From Bdellovibrionia bacterium (GTDB taxonomy: Bacteria; Bdellovibrionota; UBA1018), in NCBI GenBank assembly GCA_040399745.1, contig JBBARP010000008.1, forward strand, positions 4,133 to 68,132: a stretch of 64,000 nt of DNA. The letters run 5' to 3'. The notes beneath the pieces were generated by a model. That model searched no databases. It had not been told where the DNA came from and saw only the letters and a list, made by a program, of their open reading frames with translations. A program made the position numbers and the translations under genes. Of this stretch, positions 60,991 to 64,000 are shown piece by piece. How positions within the stretch are numbered: the first letter of the stretch is position 1; every line of letters begins with the position of its first letter.

Positions 60991-63350
60991 GGCAAGGGCC
61001 TCACTTGGAAGGGAACTGCGGGATAGTAACCGTCGCGTGGTGCGTTCGGGTCGTTACTGGCAAGTTCAGGCGCAATCGTGCTCACGCCTGGGAACGAGGG
61101 GCCCCACATCCAAAAGCCTTTTCGTCCCGTACTGTCGGTTGCGATCACTTGGAGTTGGTGAACGGCACCATCGGCAAACGGAGTCGTGTCGAGATCGAGT
61201 CGAAGGTAAGCAATGGGAGCAGGGACTTGCGTCTGAGCATTGTGGGTGACGACCACCTGGCCATCGACCACGATTTGGATTTTGTCTAAGCCCGCATTCC
61301 CGCCCGTCGTCTTCATGACGTCGCGGAAGTCGGCGCGAATTCCCATCTGGGTGGCGCCCGCATCGATCATGTAAGGCGCGCCGTTAGCAGGAAGTTCGAA
61401 GTTGATCCCACCTGCGCCCGTGGGTCCGCCGCCCCAAGTCCACATCCAGTCTTGATAGCCGGCCTTACTCCAGCCAACGAGCCAAGTTCTTGGACCTGGG
61501 TTGAACATTTTTGGGTTGGCCGCCAAACGAGGATTCGCCAGGTTTTTCCCGTGAATATCGTAGGGCTGAGTGTAAGCGGGCGCGGATGCAGGGTCGAAGT
61601 CGAACTCCACGTGTACTCCCGATACAGCAGCGCCCACATCAAACTTCAAGGTGTTCATCCCCGTTTGGAAGTAGGTCGCAGGCACTTCAAATGCCATGGC
61701 AAAGGGGGAGTTACCGCTGATGAAGTTGTAATCGACAGCGTTGGTATTGATGGTCTTCGGATCCGGCATGGCAATGCGATTGCCGTTGATAAGAATATTC
61801 TGCTGGCTGTTCCACCCTTTATAGCCTTGGTAACCGACAGGAGATAGCGTGAACAGAAAGCGAGCACGAAGGGCATTTGAGAATGAGTCGGGGATTTCGA
61901 GCTGCACGGGCGTCGTCGAGACATTTTCGGAGCCCGAACTCATTGCCAGTTTGTAGTTGTGGGTCCTGACGTTTTTAGCCGGGCCATCAAAGCAGAAGTT
62001 GTCCCAGTGAATCATGTTCACATACGAGGAGGAGTCTTTTCCTGAGTTGTAGGCTGCCGTCACCCAGTTAAACTGGGCTTCTTCAAAATCGAGAGCCGGA
62101 TTGATGTCGACTCCCGTCGCCCATCGTCCATCGACGTAAATATCGACTCGGCTTTTACTGAGTGCAACTTCCCAATGTTTTTGGCTGTTCGGTACCAATC
62201 GGGAACGCATGTGGATGGGGGTCGCCGACCAAAATCCTGCATTGTAATTCCACTCTTGAAGGATTGAACGAGCACCCGTCGGATCAACGCGTTGAATCTC
62301 GATTCTTTGGCCGTCGACCTGAAGGCGAAGGAAGTTGTAGGGATATTCTCCTGCCATGGAAGTCTCGACTCGGGCGTGGCCATGTTGGTCGAAGGAACCG
62401 AAGTGGCGTGAGGCGGGGTGGATATCCAGGTACCAGGTATTTCTTCCGCCTTCTGCTCCGTCCATGTCGAAGAGAATTTTTCCGGTTCTTCCGGCAAAGT
62501 TAAAAGTTCCTCGTGGGCGAATGCTCGAGAAACTTCGATCGTTGTAGAAGCCCTTATCTAGACCATTGGTCGCGACCGTACTGTGAGCGTGGTACTGATT
62601 GTTGATGAACGTGCCATCGAAGGTCAGGCCATTGTTGACCCGGATGACTTGGTTCCATTTCAGCTCGTCTAGGGCCCCGGCGCTGAGATTGAAATCATCA
62701 AAGAAGCCCGTGCAAAGGGCTTTCAACTCGTCGCTTCTTTGAGTGCTAGCGCGAATGATCACGGGATCGCTCGGTTGTCCTACTTGACCTTCGTTATTCA
62801 CGCCCCAAATAGTGGCTTCGTAGGTTTCTCCCGGAGTCAGTGGCTGAAGGTCGACGTCGTAATAAGTCGTGGTGACGGTCTTCACCAGTTGTTTCTGCGA
62901 GTCCCTGAGCTCGACGTAAAACCCGCGGAGCGGGCTCGGAGGCTTCGGTGTCGTAGAGTTAAATCCGCTCATGTAATAGGCAAAAGCAGGTCCCGACCAG
63001 TAGTTCACTTCTTCGAACATTCCAGGGCCGTAACTTCCACCATCACCGTAGGAGAAAACTTCCACACCTTTTGGGAGGATCAGGCGAGCCCGCTTGTCGT
63101 CGGGAAGGACGCGAATGGGGCCCGTGATTTTTGGGATCTGTGGGTTTGTGCCTGTCGTGGGATCGAGCAGAAACGGCGTGAAGCTGGAACCCTGACCTGC
63201 CATGACGGCGGGGCCGCATGAACCTGCGCTAGCCGATTCGTAGTAAGCGTTCGCGCCATCGTCCGAAAGGAAGCTGCTTTTCTGGGTGCAGCCTGAAACT
63301 GCAACAGGAAGAAGCATGTAGATTGTTGGGCGAAGAAAAGGTGACCCCAT
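60987..63350 (-). CDS. large surface lipoprotein: FN3 domain + three beta-sandwich (jelly-roll/lectin- or glycosidase-like) modules
   Basis: Lipobox LPVAVSGC. FN3-like segment PSPLRGFYVELRD...TPGETYEATIWGVNNEG. Downstream Trp/Tyr/Gly/Asn-rich beta modules. 4-nt overlap with the lectin lipoprotein gene, so the two form an operon. Confidence 0.6.
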   Translation of the reverse strand: MGSPFLRPTIYMLLPVAVSGCTQKSSFLSDDGANAYYESASAGSCGPAVMAGQGSSFTPFLLDPTTGTNPQIPKITGPIRVLPDDKRARLILPKGVEVFSYGDGGSYGPGMFEEVNYWSGPAFAYYMSGFNSTTPKPPSPLRGFYVELRDSQKQLVKTVTTTYYDVDLQPLTPGETYEATIWGVNNEGQVGQPSDPVIIRASTQRSDELKALCTGFFDDFNLSAGALDELKWNQVIRVNNGLTFDGTFINNQYHAHSTVATNGLDKGFYNDRSFSSIRPRGTFNFAGRTGKILFDMDGAEGGRNTWYLDIHPASRHFGSFDQHGHARVETSMAGEYPYNFLRLQVDGQRIEIQRVDPTGARSILQEWNYNAGFWSATPIHMRSRLVPNSQKHWEVALSKSRVDIYVDGRWATGVDINPALDFEEAQFNWVTAAYNSGKDSSSYVNMIHWDNFCFDGPAKNVRTHNYKLAMSSGSENVSTTPVQLEIPDSFSNALRARFLFTLSPVGYQGYKGWNSQQNILINGNRIAMPDPKTINTNAVDYNFISGNSPFAMAFEVPATYFQTGMNTLKFDVGAAVSGVHVEFDFDPASAPAYTQPYDIHGKNLANPRLAANPKMFNPGPRTWLVGWSKAGYQDWMWTWGGGPTGAGGINFELPANGAPYMIDAGATQMGIRADFRDVMKTTGGNAGLDKIQIVVDGQVVVTHNAQTQVPAPIAYLRLDLDTTPFADGAVHQLQVIATDSTGRKGFWMWGPSFPGVSTIAPELASNDPNAPRDGYYPAVPFQVRPLP

Positions 63351-63402
63351 GAATTACCCCTTAAACCAAGGATTGCGTTGAATCAGGTCGCAGGCAATTG
63401 TG

Positions 63403-63828
63403 TCAGGGGAGACACACTTTTTGTGTGTAAAAATTAAGATTTTCGTCAAGGGCCGTATTTTTCGCTAGAGGCCCTGGATCGTCTAAGAAGTAATAAACCT
63501 TCAGGTTTTGGCCGCTCGCTGCTTGGACGATGGCGGCTGCGCACATCTTGCATGGCTTGAGGCTGCAAAGGAGGACGGAGCCTTGAGGAATGAGGGATGA
63601 GCGCGTTCGTGCCCAGTCGAGGAGAAGGCTGAGCTCAGCATGGTGGGTGGGGTTCTCTGAACTTCGGTTGTGAGCCCAGGAAAGGAGGCGCCCCTCTTTT
63701 GAGAGCAGAAGCGAAGAAATGGGGCGATCGCTTTGGTAGCGCTCCTGGTTTTTTGCTCCAGCGCGGGTGAGCTGGGCGAGAAACTCGTTCCAAAGAGTGG
63801 GTGCCGCTTCAACCGATTGGGAGGGCAA
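63403..63828 (-). CDS. CDA-fold nucleoside/tRNA deaminase family protein (possibly longer, frame open to window end)
   Basis: HAE (THHAELSLL) and PCxxC (KPCKMCAAAI) zinc-binding motifs of cytidine/deoxycytidylate deaminase-fold enzymes (TadA-like). The reading frame continues upstream of the first ATG to base 64000. Confidence 0.6.
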   Translation of the reverse strand: MPSQSVEAAPTLWNEFLAQLTRAGAKNQERYQSDRPISSLLLSKEGRLLSWAHNRSSENPTHHAELSLLLDWARTRSSLIPQGSVLLCSLKPCKMCAAAIVQAASGQNLKVYYFLDDPGPLAKNTALDENLNFYTQKVCLP

Positions 63829-64000
63829 AGTGAGGCCTTCGGGTAAATTCGGATATCCTAAAAGCGGGTGTGGCGTCTTTCCCTCAAAAACCTCGTGGAA
63901 CGAGAGTCCTACGCTGAGCCCAGGCTGCGGCTCGGGTGGGGATTCTGGCCCAGATAACGAGGGGCTCTTTTCTTGAGAGTCAGGTAGGGCCGTGAGCTTT

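Noticed and set aside
1-64000. Search for tRNA, rRNA, tmRNA, CRISPR arrays, IS/transposase or integrase genes
   Set aside because: No intergenic segment has tRNA-like cloverleaf ends or rRNA-like sequence. No spaced direct repeats, and no ORF with transposase (DDE), integrase or phage structural motifs was seen. The only direct repeats are the 15-bp coding repeat and a 14-bp x2 repeat at 19601-19629.

Overview
This 64-kb window is GC-rich and densely coded, and is most consistent with a Gram-negative, flagellated member of the Bdellovibrionota/Deltaproteobacteria-like lineages. The taxonomy is an inference from the gene order lysS-lolCD-bamA-skp-lpxD-fabZ-lpxA-lpxB-lpxK and a short 277-aa flagellin; it is not established. 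The left third (1-19.5 kb) is a conserved envelope-biogenesis and housekeeping block. It contains the trxB 3' end, lysS, lolC/E-lolD, bamA-skp, a lipid A and LPS-core cluster (lpxD-fabZ-lpxA-lpxB-lpxK-lpxL-like, GT9 heptosyltransferase, GT1), rpsA, sppA and rsmB. The middle holds an Rsm22-like methyltransferase, ssb, a cell-wall remodelling/recycling-like cluster (L,D-transpeptidase, DAO-family oxidase, beta-lactamase-family hydrolase, mpl), and a signalling island. The island comprises a membrane Ser/Thr kinase, an HD-GYP gene with an OmpR-type regulator, and a FadL-like outer membrane protein gene joined to a REC-PP2C phosphatase gene. A long minus-strand gene string follows: a split ArsA-like ATPase pair, a TPR secreted protein, a GshA-like ligase, and cysteine synthase plus cystathionine lyase. 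The right third looks accessory. It has flagellin with a long AT-rich leader and a sigma54-type two-component pair. It has a four-gene minus-strand cluster of signal-peptide proteins forming two paralogous families, one carrying a strongly conserved HWWxAHAMPFxRGSAxITDAL block. It also has gdhA, ddl, several secreted hypotheticals, and a two-gene operon of large lipoproteins with lectin-like modules and a 15-bp in-frame tandem repeat encoding a (TTTGG)n linker. No rRNA, tRNA, CRISPR, transposase or prophage signatures were seen. Many long antisense ORFs in the track are GC-driven shadow ORFs and were rejected.
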